64,000 bases of DNA from Octopus vulgaris (taxonomy: Eukaryota). How positions within the stretch are numbered: position 1 is the first letter of the stretch; each line of letters begins with the position of its first letter. A program made the translations under genes and the position numbers. The notes under the pieces were generated by a model. It was not told where the DNA came from. It did not search any database and saw nothing but the letters and a program-made list of their open reading frames with translations. Positions 36,284 through 50,974 of this stretch are shown here, in pieces. Location: the NCBI GenBank assembly GCA_951406725.2, contig OX597816.1, forward strand, positions 112,964,001 to 113,028,000. Reading direction: 5' to 3'.

Positions 36284-37565
36284 TTATTTCTATTAGACAA
36301 GTACTTTATTGATAGTTATTTAGGTGAAAGAAACGTAAATGTTATTAATCTTTCCAGTACAATGCACCCAAGGCCACATCATTTTGTTTTCGTTTTTTAA
36401 ATAGAAGAGCATATGTTAAGGGACATTTGGCTACTGTCTCTAGCAGGCTGAATGACCACACAGAGGTGCCCATTGTGGCTAAATCACTAATTGTTTTCTT
36501 AGTAAGGAGAAATTATTTATCTTGGCCAAATAATCACAAGATAACCTGAAATTTTGCCAAACATTACTTCCTGCTGCTATAACATTGCCAGATTTTACCT
36601 TTTTATAATAATATACACAGATTGATGGGCTTATTGTTTTGCATATTTGTTCATATTTACTGAGTAGAAAAATAAACACCTACGTATGCTCTGTGTAAGT
36701 AATGTAAGTAATATATATTGTGTGTGTGTGAGATGAAATTGCCATTGTTATTTATATAAAATAATTTTGCTTCTTACTTTCAATTTTCAATCTTTACAGA
36801 CAGTAGTTTATGTGGTCAAGTTCAATTTGTGATTTGTTCCATTTGTTCTATTTATTTTTCTATTACAAAATGGTGTGATAATAGATGAAATAGCTTCTGG
36901 TTTTCAATAATTGAAAATTTGAACATTTGATAAATTTATTCTAAATACTGCCTTCAATTGGTCGACTTTAATATACTTATGTGAACCAAACAAAATTTCT
37001 TATTCTTTGCAGAGATTGAGAGAGAGAGAAATGTTCAAATGATTTGAAATTAGATAGATTGTATTCACTGACAATTTATATTTTTGTTCTTATTTCTATT
37101 CAAATAAACAGTAAATGTTTTGATTTTACTTATTTATTTTGATAACTTTTGTAAAAGATTTCCATTTTCTTTCACAGTGATTGAACCAATATAGGAGTCT
37201 CTATGTGGCCATTCAACCTTTTACAAATGCTATTATTATTGTTTTACATCACTTATTTCTAATTTAGTTGTAATATCTGAACAGTCTCATCTTACATGAA
37301 TTTTACTGGTCTTCATATTTCTTTTAATGTATTAAAATGTTGAACAATTTGTTGCTTTTATCAGCTCTAGGGTGGGCACAGTGTGGCATTAGTTTGGTAT
37401 CTTGTTGTTACATATTTCATTTGATGATGAAATTTTGTATTGTTTCCTATGTTATTGGATAGTTTGCTATAAGTCTGCAGGTTACAAACCTATTCTACAT
37501 TAGTAACAACTTGTTAAGTTATATATATATACACACACACAAACATATATATACACACATGCATG

Positions 37566-37596
<31 letters not shown>

Positions 37597-40500
37597 TTCC
37601 TATTGTAAATTATAGAATGTTATACTCAACAATGAAAAACAAAACATTTCTGTTTCAGTTTTACTCCGAAACTTCATTCAATTTACAGATGATTATCTAT
37701 TTGAAACAAACGTTTATTGAAATAAACAAGTATGCCATTTTCTGTTTGAATAATTTGTCTCACCTTCATCCCATAGATAGCATTGTTACAAAGAACAATC
37801 AGCTAGTGATATACATAGAGTGGCTAATACAACCACTCTGTCACATGGTTCTTTTTTCCCCCCAAGCATTATAACTATATTGAAATTTGATGAAGGAGAG
37901 TGGCAGCATTAAAATGAATCAGTCCATAAATGGCTTCTATTTAGTCGTCTATCATATTCTGCTCCTCTGCACTACAGATCTGTGGCCAAGAGGACAAGGG
38001 TGGTGCTACCCTATATGTGGCATTCCAGTAGAATGTCTTGAATTTTCTGTTCTCAAAAAATTTGTATATTTTGCTTGCTTCTGTGTGTTTCAGCTTTTGC
38101 AAATTATATATTTTAGATCATATGCTAGTGTAGATTTTTTTAACACAATTCTACTTACATCTATTTACCTTGTTAGAAACTAGATTTTAGTTTCTAATCT
38201 TCTTAATGCTAAAGAAATATAAGCTAAGTACTATCTCTCTGAGCTCTACTGGTTTCTGAATTGACTTCTTGGAATACATTATTTTCTGTGAAAGAGTCTC
38301 ACAAATTGAAAAAAAAAAAATATCCTTAAACATTATTTATTATTCAAATTATCATAGATATTTATTTTTGTTTCACATCTGCTTTCAACGCTACCATACG
38401 TTGCACTTATTTTCTACTTGAGACATTTTTATAAATTCCATAAGTACTTTTTTTAATGGAACTGTTTTCTAAATACAAACTACTTTCTTACAAAATTCCC
38501 ACACTATTTAAAGACACTGTATTATAATTTTTCTTGCGTTGATTAAAGTATAAAAATAATCTTGAACATTTAATAATGATTATTAAATAAAATATCTCTC
38601 AATCTTCTAGTCAAGTCCCCTACAAGAAAGACATCTCTGCAAGTTGACATTTATAATAAACAAAAAAGAAAAAGAAAAGAAATACCACAAGCACACATGA
38701 ATTTCCAGTTCTTTGGGGTTTTTTTTTTATTCATCACATCTCTTCAATTCTGTATATATATATATACACATATATATGTAATGGATGCATTAAATGCATA
38801 GTAGTTTATAGATAACTAATAATAGATTATGTTATTTGAAAATATCTTTAGATGTACCCTATGTATCCTATATTATTAGATAGATATGCTGAAGGTAAAG
38901 CTAAGGATCAAATATTTTTTATGACAAATTTTTATTTGTTTTTTTAATTATAGATTTTTTTTTTAAGTACCTTACTTCTTAACGTCAATGTGCTCTTATT
39001 AAAAGAATAAGAAGTGAAATGTGTCCTTGCAAAATCCTGTTTTTACTTCAAACCAAAGCTCAGACCTATTATAACTAATTAATTGTTTCATATTTTTATA
39101 ATGAAAATTTCTAGCAAAATCAAAATGGTTCCATCTTGTTCAATAAACAATAACATTTCTTATGTTATTGTTGACATTACAAAAGCATTCAATCATATCT
39201 AGTGTGGGAACCTCCTGTGTAAGTTGTCCTCTTATAAGGTTTAAATGTATTGCAATGTGTTATAATAGGAGTTATCATCAATCCACTCTTTTAACTCTCA
39301 TGTAACCCAAGGATTATTATATCTCCCACATACTGCAAATAATATGGTCTTAACTCCTCCTTTTCTGACTAGCTAATAACAGTGTGTGTGTGTGTGTTCA
39401 TGTATGCATGCATGCATGTGTAAAATTGATGATTCACTCTCCAGCTACTCAAGGTTTCATGTGATATGTCTGTTCAACCTTTATCTATATAAATATCAAT
39501 AAACCTGAATGAGGGTATCATGCAAAACACCAACAAACTAGGCAATGAATCATTGACTTTATACATGTAACATCCAAATAAATTTATTGAGTGCTATTTT
39601 TTTCATTTGCAGCATTAAGCACACATGCACACACATGTACATGTATATATGTAAAGTATTTTCCAATATAAACTGAGTTGTGTGTGTGTATGTATTTTGT
39701 ATTAGAGACTACTTAAGTTTGTTCCTTGCATTTCAAATTCTCATTACCAATGTATGGTGTAAATGTCGACAAGACGAAACCATTTTTCATATAAATATCT
39801 AATAATTTTATTTGCTTTTTGAAATCTCAATTGTTTGCCTCTGATAATTATATTTCCAACTAAAAACATTGAAGCTACTGGATTTGATTATAAATTCATC
39901 ACATGGTAATTTCCATTTACTGTATTCCCTGTTTCATCATTATGAACAGTGGTTTACTATATGCCATATAATGAGTTACATGGCATCACCTTTTCAACTC
40001 TGTCAGTTCTCTCTTCAGCTACAAATTTTTATATCATTTTATACTCCTTTGACCTACCTCTTCTGCTGTTGCATCAAATATCAATTTATAGCATTTCCAT
40101 ACTTAAATCTGTCTCATTACTCATCTATCATTTTGTTTCATTTCAGAGTGTGTCCTGTTCATTCTGAGTTTAATTGTATTTGTATTATGTCTATATTTGT
40201 GCCTTTTTGAAAACTAAATAGAAAGATTCAGGATCATTATATAAAAAAGCAAAGAAACAATTGATTAATAACAATGCTTTCTCTGGTTTTATTGTTAGTT
40301 AGTTATCAGAAAGAAAAAAACAGTTTCATATAAGCAAGTTTCCTATCCTCTTCTAAATGACAAACATTTACATAGGTTTATACAAAATTAAAGGAAAGAC
40401 TGTATCATACAAATATGCACCTAAGTAGTTGAACAACTAACAAAGAGTTAGATCTTGGTGCATTTACAGGGTGATAGGTTAGGTTATTGATTGTAGTAAA

Positions 40501-42779
40501 CTATGTACTTCAGTGTCAATGACTACAGAATGAGAAGAATGTACTGGCTAGAATGTTTGTATATTGTACAGACAGCACAGTAAGTTCTTAATTTGGGTCA
40601 TATGATAATAGCTAGGATGGGAAGTAATAGTGAAATTATTTCAAAATACTCTGTGAATTTGAAAACAAAGACTTCATTTCCTTGCTTTTCCCATTGATAA
40701 AACGCCAATACTTTTAAACACTTGAGTTATTTTGATTGGAGAGAAATTGTTGCTGCATTGAATGTAAAATTTAGGTAAGAACACTATCTCTTGATATTGA
40801 TATCTAGACTGAAATAATCAATGTTTACCTATTGTTATAACTAGTTTTTATTGCTCATTTTTATAACCAGTATGTATTTTAAACAAGTAATATAATTAAA
40901 ACTCTGCTAATAAAAGTTATTGTGATTTACTTCTGTGACTGCAGAATGACTTATAGGAAAAGTATTATTTGAATTAAATATTTTATTCTTATCAATATCA
41001 TATTTTACACACATATATATATATATTTGCTTTTCTGGATTTTAAAACAGTGACATGCATTTCTATTGAAAACCATACAGTGTTGTCATAGTTATTTTGT
41101 ATCATTACTTGTGTATCTTTTGTAATATGTATCATTAAAATTATATCCACACCATGTCTATATAGATTCATGTTCAACAAAACTGAAGGGACAAAACAAT
41201 ATAGTTGAAAATGGTTCATTTCAACTGCTTAAAACAAAAACACATTTAAAGATTGTAAATAATTTTTCTTTTGCTTCTAGTGTATCTTGTTATTTGTTTG
41301 ATCACATCTGCATCATATGTATATATGTATATTCATTGGAGGGTCTATCCAGCTTACATTAGATAGATCCACAGGAATAATCAGATACTTAAGATAAAGA
41401 GAGGGGTAGGTTGGGGAGGGAGACCAAATTCTTGCACACGGTGATGGTATACCTCGATATTTTCTAGAAAAACGAAGCATCTGTCTTGTCAGTCTGTGTC
41501 AAACTTAATCATTTAATTGTAGGCATACCATCATATGGTTTCCATCTTTAAGATTAAAGAATTTTAGATATATTTGGTTGCTACTTTAATAGAACCATAC
41601 AAAAGATCTTTCAGTGGCTCAAGAATCTTCTTCATTGGCATAGTATTTTGTTTTCATTGTAATTCAACAATTCTTGAAAATATTTCTTCATATTAGTATT
41701 AAATTTTGTACATGAACATATATATATTTATTTTAAAATATCCTGTTAATTCTAAATTTTTTTTTCTATTCCAGGTAAGTATAATACTTGAAGTCGAGTG
41801 ATTTATATTTCTAAATCAAGTTTGTGCTATTTGTGAGTATAACAATATTATATTAAATTTAATTTCTATTAAAGAATTAGTGAGTAGCTGTATGTTATCT
41901 GTTTCATATCTTTTCATTAGAAGAACTCATTTTTCTTACCATTTTTTTTAAAAGTAGATAGCATAAAATAATGCAATTAATAAAATATTCAAATGAAAGT
42001 AATAACCAAAAACATTGTTTTTATCCAATACTTTAAAAATATAATTCATAGTGTATCTAATTCAGTGAAATATATTTGAGATATTTTAATATCAAATAAA
42101 TAGTGCTGTTCATAAATAAACTATTCCATTTCAAAATTATGAACATGCATTCATCATCATACTCATCATCATCAGTATTATAGCATCCACTTTCCAGCTA
42201 GGATAGGTCACATTGTCTTATCTGAAAAGCTCAACATTTTAAAATTTGACCTCACCACTTGTTTCTATGTTATCTTCCTTAACCACAAATTAGTGCTCTC
42301 ATGAAAAGGATATAGCAATTTTCACTCTGCACCCATCATCCATTTGCATTATCTGCCATACAAATGTAGTCAACCCTTTTGCTTATATCATCTGATGTGA
42401 GCCAACAAGAGAGATGCTACTTGGTGATTCAAGCTCTTGAAAATAGCAGCCAAAATTCCTTCAAATTACTCCTTATCAAAGAGAAAGAAGTCATTGGGTA
42501 AGGCATTCCTGGGTACACTATGTGTGAACAGAAAATGGAATGGTTATGACTTGAATGCCTTTAATTAATTGTCTGCTGGATAAATCTGACCATGGGCTAC
42601 ACAGCAATATCAATTAATGTCATTAATGCCCAGAAACTTCCTTAGCTTGCTTGTGCTCCACCTTTCATGCAGATCAACATTATACATCCAATAAATTATA
42701 CTCATATAGTACTGGTGTTGATGTAATCAACTGTCTCCCCTCCCTACAAATTTTAGGCCTTGTGCCTATAGTTGAAAGG

Positions 42780-42817
<38 letters not shown>

Positions 42818-42999
42818 GCCATTCCTCATTCTCTCTCTACTGCAAGTCATCACTTCCTCTCCCCTGAACCAGTTCTATTTGGGTCTATCTTTCTTTCTCA
42901 TCGTTTTTCTCTTCCAGCTCATATTTGCCATCAACTTTTGTTCAACATGCACTACATTCATCCCTATCACATCTTTAAACATCATCCACTCTCTGTTTT

Positions 43000-43200
43000 G
43001 TATGGTCAAGAAGTTTGCTTCACAACCACCTAGTTTGGAGTTCAGTCCCACTGTGTGGCACCTTGGTCAAATATCTCCTGTTATAGCTCAAGTAAACTAA
43101 AACCTTGTGAGTGAATTTTGTGGATGGAAACTGAAAGTAGTCTCTGTGTTTGTGTACATGTGTGTGTTTGTTTGTGTGTGTGTGTGTGTGTGCGCGCGCA
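43000..43200 (+). mobile_element. SINE family A 5' part followed by (TG)n(CG)n
   Basis: gagttcagtcccactgtgtggcaccttggtcaa...ccttgtgagtgaattttgtggatggaaactgaaag. Confidence 0.75.
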
Positions 43201-44169
43201 TGCTTCTGTGTCTATAAAAGTAAAACATATTTATGTAACTTTCAAGTAACGGTGTGTTATGTTAAATTTGTTTCCAAACAAATTTCAGACATTTGCATAA
43301 TGTTTGGTACAATTATTTTTTTCTTTTAATTAAATTCATATTTTTATTCATAGGCTCTCAGCTGTAAAATCGTTTCCTATTTTTTTACTTTTTAATATAA
43401 AGACACTGAGACAAATAGTTTTACGTTTTGCTAAGGAGGAAACTTGAATTATTATCAAATTATTAAGTAACTTGCATTTTATTCTTTTGACCTCCCTTTT
43501 CATTGACGAAAATTAGAATATACAAAATTTATTTAGCATTAGGCCTGTTTATTTTTCATAGCAGTATGCAATGATGCATTAAATAATCAGTATGAGGAGC
43601 AAAAAACTGAAGCCTGAGGAAGCTAGTGATGTTTTATTGCAGCAGAGAGAAAGAGAGAGAGAGAGAGAGAGAAGTTGATAAAATTTGTAAAATAATATGT
43701 TATTAAAGAATGTAGGTTTATGTTCTATGAGGTGAGGTGACCTTTGTAGGAGGCCCTTTTTGAAACGAACCAGTGGAAAATTGCAATAAACTATATGCTT
43801 CAAGGAAGTGAGATCGTTTTACTTCTTATGTTTTATGCATGTTTTTTTCCATACTAGTGTGGGTTAGATGAATATGCTATAGAAGCATTGCTTTACTGCT
43901 GCTGGATGCCATTTCTTACCAGTTTGTCAAGTAAGGGATCTCTTATTCTACATTGCTTCAAAGACACAGAATGGGCCAATAAATTATTGACAGAAGTGCC
44001 AACAAGACAATTCAAATATTGTTAACTTTGAAAAAAGTGAACACAGATGAAAACACATAAACATGTGTAAACACACATTTGCATATACATACATATGTAT
44101 GCATTCATATACACACTTGCACATACACATACATGCATTGTGTTACATTACATTGTATACATTCATGTG

Positions 44170-44335
44170 ACAAGGTTCTTTTCAGCTTCTTTTGACCAAA
44201 TTTATTCACATGGTTTTTATTCACAAGCTAGGGTTATATGAGAAGACACTTGTCTGTGGTGCCATGAAATGGGACTGAACTCAAAACGACAAAGATGAGA
44301 AGCAAGCTTCTTAAACCACATGGCCATGTCTTACA
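44170..44335 (-). mobile_element. SINE family A 5' part, degenerate
   Basis: gaagacacttgtc..ggtgcca..gggactgaactc...gcaagcttcttaaaccacatggccatg. Confidence 0.7.
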
Positions 44336-47300
44336 TTCATATGAGGGACAAATTTGCAATGTTGTTATGACAAGATAGAAAGATATTTTTATATTATTGA
44401 ATATAAGTGTACATAAGCAGTGAATTATGTTTGACATGTCATTAAATAGCTTACATTGAAATAATATTATGCTATTTCTGTGGTATGTAACTGGAACTTA
44501 AAAACTACATTAAACTAAGAAAAAGCTCAGCTCTTGTCAACATTGATTCTGAATGTAAATGAGAAGAAATGGAACAATATAACAATGTGTAATGATTTAA
44601 AACTTATGAAATATGCTGAAAGATAGCCATACTACAATAAAGACAAGCAAAATATTCCCTTGAGGGTATATTTATGGATATATTTAAAGTAAAAGCCTAA
44701 AAATTATTTCCTAAGGCTTATGCATATTGTTCACTTAAAAGGAACCTAAATTCTTGACAGTTTAGCAATTTCTCTAATCTGATGCCATTAAAGAAAGATT
44801 TGAGGCATTCATTGTAAGCTTATTTCATTTTTACTTATGCAATCATTAAAAAGAAATAAACATTTGCTTAAGTAAATACAGTAGCCAACCATTTTCATCA
44901 GGAAAGCAAAAACAAAATGTTCATCTGTTGGTAACAATTTATGCTTGTCACCTGGTAGCTTTTTCATAATGTTTTCCATTTCTGTTAATCATTCTGAATT
45001 GTGTATTATTTGATTAATGAAGCTGAATTATCTAGAACTGTAAAACTCATTGCCCATTATTATCAATTTAATAATCTTTTCATAAATCTATCCTGTCCTT
45101 CAATTATTTATGCAGCTGAATATGGTTAATGAATGATTTATTCCTATTAAATCTCTTTTTTCTAAAAGTAGATAATGCTTGCACATATTTCATTTGCATT
45201 CAGAGCATATTCTTTATTCTTGTTCTTATTAGTGTGATAGATAATGAAATATCACCACTTAGTCATTATGTTCATCTCATTTAGTAGATTTTCATCATAA
45301 ATTCTTTCAATATAGCTTTAAAAAAATCTATATTTTTTGAATAACTTAAATCGCTTACTGTATATTTTTGTGAAGAAGCCATTGTACTAACATTCTATAC
45401 TCATAATATACAAGACTATTCCTGTAAACCTTCTGCACAGATTTACTTTTTCTCATACATAATCTATTCTGAGAATCAACCCCCTCTAGCATTTTCATTG
45501 TAACTGCATCCAATTCTTCAAGCTTCATGTTAACTTATGTAATCTAAAATATACAATCTTTCTCAAATTAACTGAGAAAAGCCTGTGAGCTATAGCCACC
45601 CACTTAAACATAACAATTAAAAACATTAGCCATGTCTAATTAACACTCATGCCATGTTATACCAGGAATTTTGCAAGTTGGACATAATGAGAATTCTTTT
45701 TCGTTTCAATTAAAGTTAAACAGATAACCCACATTTTTTGTTTGTTTTTGGTGGAGGGGTTGTTTAGTGATTTACCAGATTATATGATGATGTAATAGCA
45801 TTGTAGTCATATAATTCTTAATATAACTGTATATATTTTACTATTAAGACAGTGATCAAGGACTGAATATCCTTATTTAATATATGTTTGATACAGTTTT
45901 TTGACTATATCAAATAAATTATCAAATTAGTAGAAGGTATACTTAGCTCATTTAAAGAATTCCCAAATGTGAGATGTTGTGTACAGGCTTCATTGCACTT
46001 AAATTCACACTTTAATATTTCAGTTTCCTTTTCCTTAATTAAGAAACTTTAATTCTAATTTGCCTTCAAAGTCAGACCTGCTAAATTAGTAAATTATTCT
46101 GTATATTTAATTAAAGTTACTATTTTTACCAACAGATGGCCACATTTATTGCACATGAAAATGTTGCTAGTTTAAGCAGAAAGTGATTCATAGTTCCCAG
46201 CCTTTAATAAAACTCATGACAGTGAGGCTTTGTGTCTGCTTGAAAGAAAACCGTTATGGCATATTTTTTCCCATTTTTTTTAGTTTCATTTTATCTTTTA
46301 ATATAAAGAAATTTCATGTAATAATATGAAAGGAGATGCATGGTCATCAAGTAAGTTTCAATAGATTGGCCAAAAAATATAAAGTCTTTGTTCTAAGCAC
46401 ACAAGAAGCAAAAGAAAGACATGGTAATATCCTTGGATACTATCTGCTCTATATTTGAATCCTAAGGATGTAAAAAAACATTACAGTATAAAGGATGTGT
46501 TTTATGTAGAATGCTTATGAGCATTTTTACATATATGTAAACCCCTACTCTCTGCAGAATTGTTCCCACTATTTGTATAGCAATATAGAATATACAAAGC
46601 ATCCCAAAGCTATCATTTGTGATTTTATACGACTTGTTCATATAAAGAGTATTACTGCATGTTGTGTATGTTAGGCTTACAAAGAGTAGTGTTCTGTGGT
46701 TTTGAAAACAATGTGTATCTTGCTATGGTTCACTATAACTATATTGTCTACATTTCATCTTTATATCTTTTAAATATTTCCTCTTATAAAGGATTTACTC
46801 ACCAAATGACTAGTATCAATGGTGTCTAATGAATGGAAAGTGCAATAAACAAGCTGTGTGATATTGCAGCTGCATCAGTATTGTAGTTTGATTGGTCACA
46901 TTGTAATTAAAAATTCTGTCTACATTATCTTAAAATTCTTCACTTATGATTATGATAGTAATTTTTCACATAAAAATCATCACCTTTGGTCAAGCTTGCT
47001 TAGAATTGCATGAACCTGATCCTCAGCCCATCTCTTTCTTCCATTGCATGTGATTGATCCTCTAGATTTTATCATTTGTTTATAGACAGTTATGTTTTTT
47101 CAGAACCATCAATGTGATTTCAAAGTGTCGCTAATCAGTTCCTCCTTAGCAGTACCCAGAAAAGTGGACTTTTTTTCTCTAATGGTGTCTGTATTTTAGG
47201 AAGCTTTTTGTATAATATTTCTGTTTGGAAGCTCAATAAAACCAGTAAATCCTATGACATACTATGGAGTCAACATAGCATCTACAGAGAAAAATATTAA

Positions 47301-48589
47301 GCTTTGTATCAGCAGCATATGGACAGTAATTAAATGTCTCAATGCAATTATAGAAATCACATCTCAGTGAAATCGAGAGGGGAACATTTTCCATGCAGTG
47401 TTTAAATTTGTTACTTTGAGACTCTTATATTTGGGCCATAAGAAAAATACCTACAACTATGCTGGATCACACTCACACACACATACACACATGCATGCAC
47501 ACGTACACTTTGGGTGTCATAAAGTAATGTCTTACCAATTTTTCTAAAACACTTGTGCAGAAACTTAAGTCTAACAGAGTAAGAGATGAATTTGTATTCA
47601 ACTCCTGAAGCTTCATAGAGTGAACTGTTTCATAAATCTAATGAAATACACTGTCCTTGTGTTTTAAATTAATTTTAAGATAATTAAGGATTTAAAGGCC
47701 TTTAGTAAATAGCTTACTGTTGTTATTATCAACTTGATGTGGTTTGGCAGAATAATAAGAATCATCAGGCAAAATACCACGAAGGAAGTCTCCCATCCTT
47801 ACAGAGTCAAGAAAATAAAGTGCCAGTCAAGTACTGGAATTGATTTAAATTAGCTGCTGATTTTGCGTAGTACTGCGGGATCAAGATTCTCACTCAAATG
47901 TGGGACTGTAACAGGTTAAGTGGCATATCATTTAAATTACACAGCTACCACATCAATATTATTGATCTAGGGTATGTTATATTGCTGCTAACACAAAACA
48001 TGCATATATACACATACATGCTACCTTTCATTCTTACACTTTCTAAAAAAACAATGTGGACTCCATTTTTCTTTTTAAATACAAAAGAAAGAATTAAGTT
48101 AGTGATCGAAACATAACTTTACAAAATGGTCTTAGACAAAATTATGATGGGAGGCTTTTAATTTAAATATGAACACTTTAAATCAAGAGGATTTGTATCA
48201 TAGAACAAGAGGTGGTCTTAGGCAGGTTGCTATCAAAAGTTGAGGAGTTTAAATGTCTTTATTCTTTTAATTAATGGTTTTTCCATATCGTTCAGTTATT
48301 TGCCACATTTTTTCTGTTCATTTAAAAAATTTCTTTTCTTTTTTTTAAAATTTTCACAGCTTGAAAATAAAACAAAGTATCAGTAAAATGTGCAAATATA
48401 AAATTATGAAATACCCTATTAGTGTGAGTGGTTGACCGTTAATTTCAATGGAAGCTGTCAGAGTACATTGTTAAATCCTTCACTCAAAATCTTAATTCCT
48501 TTAAGCCAAAGTTATCCACCATTGCCAGACTTTCAAGAAATTACATTCTTCCTTATTTATACTGGTTTCACTCATTGGACTATCACAAA

Positions 48590-48790
48590 TCTGGGACACA
48601 GTCTTCTAGAATACAGTTGATTAAATGGACCACAGTATGGATTTTATCAATTAGTACTTATTTTATCCAGTAGTCCTTATTTTATCAATTAGTATTTATT
48701 TTATCAACTCAGAAAAATCAAAGGCAAAGTGGATCTGCATGGGATCTGAACTCAGAACATAAACGATGGTACCAAATACCACAAAAAAAA
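48590..48790 (-). mobile_element. SINE family C fragment with an internal 19-bp tandem expansion
   Basis: aaggcaaagtggatc..gatctgaactcagaac is the reverse of the family C core; attttatcaattagtactt occurs ~3.5 times at 48641-48708. Confidence 0.65.
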
Positions 48791-49509
48791 CTTATCTGAC
48801 CATTTCAGATCTAGGGCATCAAGTGTGTACATTTTATATATCATTACTACAAAATGCTTAAAATCTGCTAATTTTCCAGGGGAGTACTAATGACTATAAT
48901 GCATTCTCATTATATTGAATATCGTCTATAATATCCTGTATTTTTTTTTTTAATCGAAATCAATTAGATTTTGCTTTCAACCTGCCTGAAGTATTGATTT
49001 AGTTGATGATTTTTCATGTTTCTGAAGCAATTTACACATGGGTTTATGTATTTTCCAATAAACTAGTATGATAAATAGTGCACTTTATTAAGGTTGACTA
49101 CATTAGACAATATCGATAGATTTATTGTGATGAAAGAAGTCATACTTGTATCTTTAAGCATTTATTGATGTAACAGTTTATATCTGGGAGTTTCTATTGG
49201 AGTATCTTCATCAGTAGTCATGACAACCATAAGTATTCCGCTTGATGAAACTTGTAGTTAGTTGAGCTGTAATGAATTCAGCGTTTTTTGTAGCGGATAC
49301 ACTACTGGCAAAACTTTTATTCTGTAATGAAGCTGTAAATGTCAGCAATTTTCTTTCCCAAAGATTATTGAGTAAAACCTTAATAATCTGGTGTTTAACT
49401 GAAGAGACATCAACTCACCTGATATCGGTATGTTTTATATAATGTACTTTAATATGTGCTGCTAACATTTAGTTATATAATATGTTTATATTAGTAAAAC
49501 AATTTATTT

Positions 49510-49546
<37 letters not shown>

Positions 49547-50073
49547 TAAACTTATTCTCTGATTCTATGATTTTTCTAGTTATTTTGAAATTTTGTTTAT
49601 TCTCTGTGTCATATTTTTATCAGTAAATGTATTTTGTTTAACGGAGTAGCTAAAGTTCTGTAGACTAATAATTACTTACCTTTCTTTCATCTTATATGCA
49701 CACACACACACTCACACACATGTATATTTTTTAAGGTGAACAAAAGGTTCAGGAATTCAACCCCATTTTGAATAATTATATAACAGGGACCAAAACGTAG
49801 ATAATGACAAAACTCAGAATTAGTTGTTTGTTTAATATAACCTTGACTATATCTTCTATATCTTGTCTCAAGATTATATATCTACTCTTAATTTGAAAGG
49901 TTTTAATGTACTAGTATGTTAGTGTTCTTCATTTCTCTAACATGATGTTTAAAAGAAAATTAATTTTCAAGAAGAATTTTTAAAATAGTCAGTGCTTAAG
50001 TTTTGTGTGGTGGAAGTTCCTTGTAAGATGGTATTTTCCCACAAATAGTATGTATTCTTTCATTATTTTTGTT

Positions 50074-50910
50074 AGCCACCTGATAACCTATCAATCAAGT
50101 GACTGTTAGCCAGATCGATTTCATTCTCACCAAACAGTGGGATGCATGGTTGCTCTTAAATACAAAGACCCTCCTTGGTGAAGAATGTGCCCCCCAACAT
50201 AGACTAGTTATTAGTGACTTTAGACTTGAGGCCAGAAGGATGCCAAAAACCAGACCAATCTGGAAAAGAAGGACTTGAGAGCTTAGGAACCCTTCACATG
50301 GTCAGAGATTTAAGATATCCTTACCGAGAAATTTGGTAGAGAGGAGGTGCTACAGTCCTGTGGCATGGAAGACAGCTGAAAATTCCTGCGAGACAGCTTG
50401 CTGAGTGCCACAGACCAAATCTGTGGCTGGTGCAAAGTCCCTTCCGGACCTAGGGTAACATGGTGGTGAAACAATACTGTAGACAGGGCCATTAGAGCAA
50501 AGAAACAGACTTGGAATGCCTGGAAGAGTAGGGGTAGCAGTAAAATTATCAGATAGCCAAAAGGGAAGCTAAGAGACAGGTATATCTAGCCAAGAGAGTA
50601 GCAGAAAAGAAGTAGTTTGCCAATGTTCACCGATGTGAGGACCAAAGAACTGAAGTATTTCCGATTGCAAGACAGTATGTGAGAGAAAATCATGATATCA
50701 CAGGAGAGAAATGTACCTGCATGGATGATAGTACCCTTCATTTAATGATTCTGCAAAGAAAGAGGCTTGGAGATGCTATTATGAAAGACTGTTGAATGTG
50801 GAGAATGAATGGGAGCAGAAGAGTCTGCCAAAGGTTGACCCAATTGAGGGGCCAGCTATCCAAATCGACAGTACCCAGGTAGATCAAGCAATTAAGGATA
50901 TAAAGACAGA
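50074..50910 (+). mobile_element. RTE-clade LINE ORF2 internal fragment (endonuclease end + linker)
   Basis: SHLITYQS..SQIDFILT...GEECAPQHRLVISDF; TWW*NNTVDRAIRAKKQTWNAWK; KKEAWRCYYERLLNVENEW..PIEGP. Several stops and frameshifts. Confidence 0.9.
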
Positions 50911-50974
50911 GTTAATCGACGATGATGATATTTAGTTGGAAGTTATTATGAATTTGTAGAAACCAATAATAAAG

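Noticed and set aside
46850-46892. Possible miRNA hairpin
   Set aside because: The stem is short and G:U-rich. I noticed no conserved mature miRNA sequence in the window, though I only spot-checked a few families.
47090-47410. Exon candidate after ttttttcag (NHQCDFKV...)
   Set aside because: Closed by stops with no good donor; motif order (QCxF, VWKL, YYGV) suggests decayed RTE RT.
49670-49700. Minus-strand consensus donor AAG|GTAAGT
   Set aside because: The upstream sequence is a (TG)n microsatellite with no acceptor or exon-like frame.
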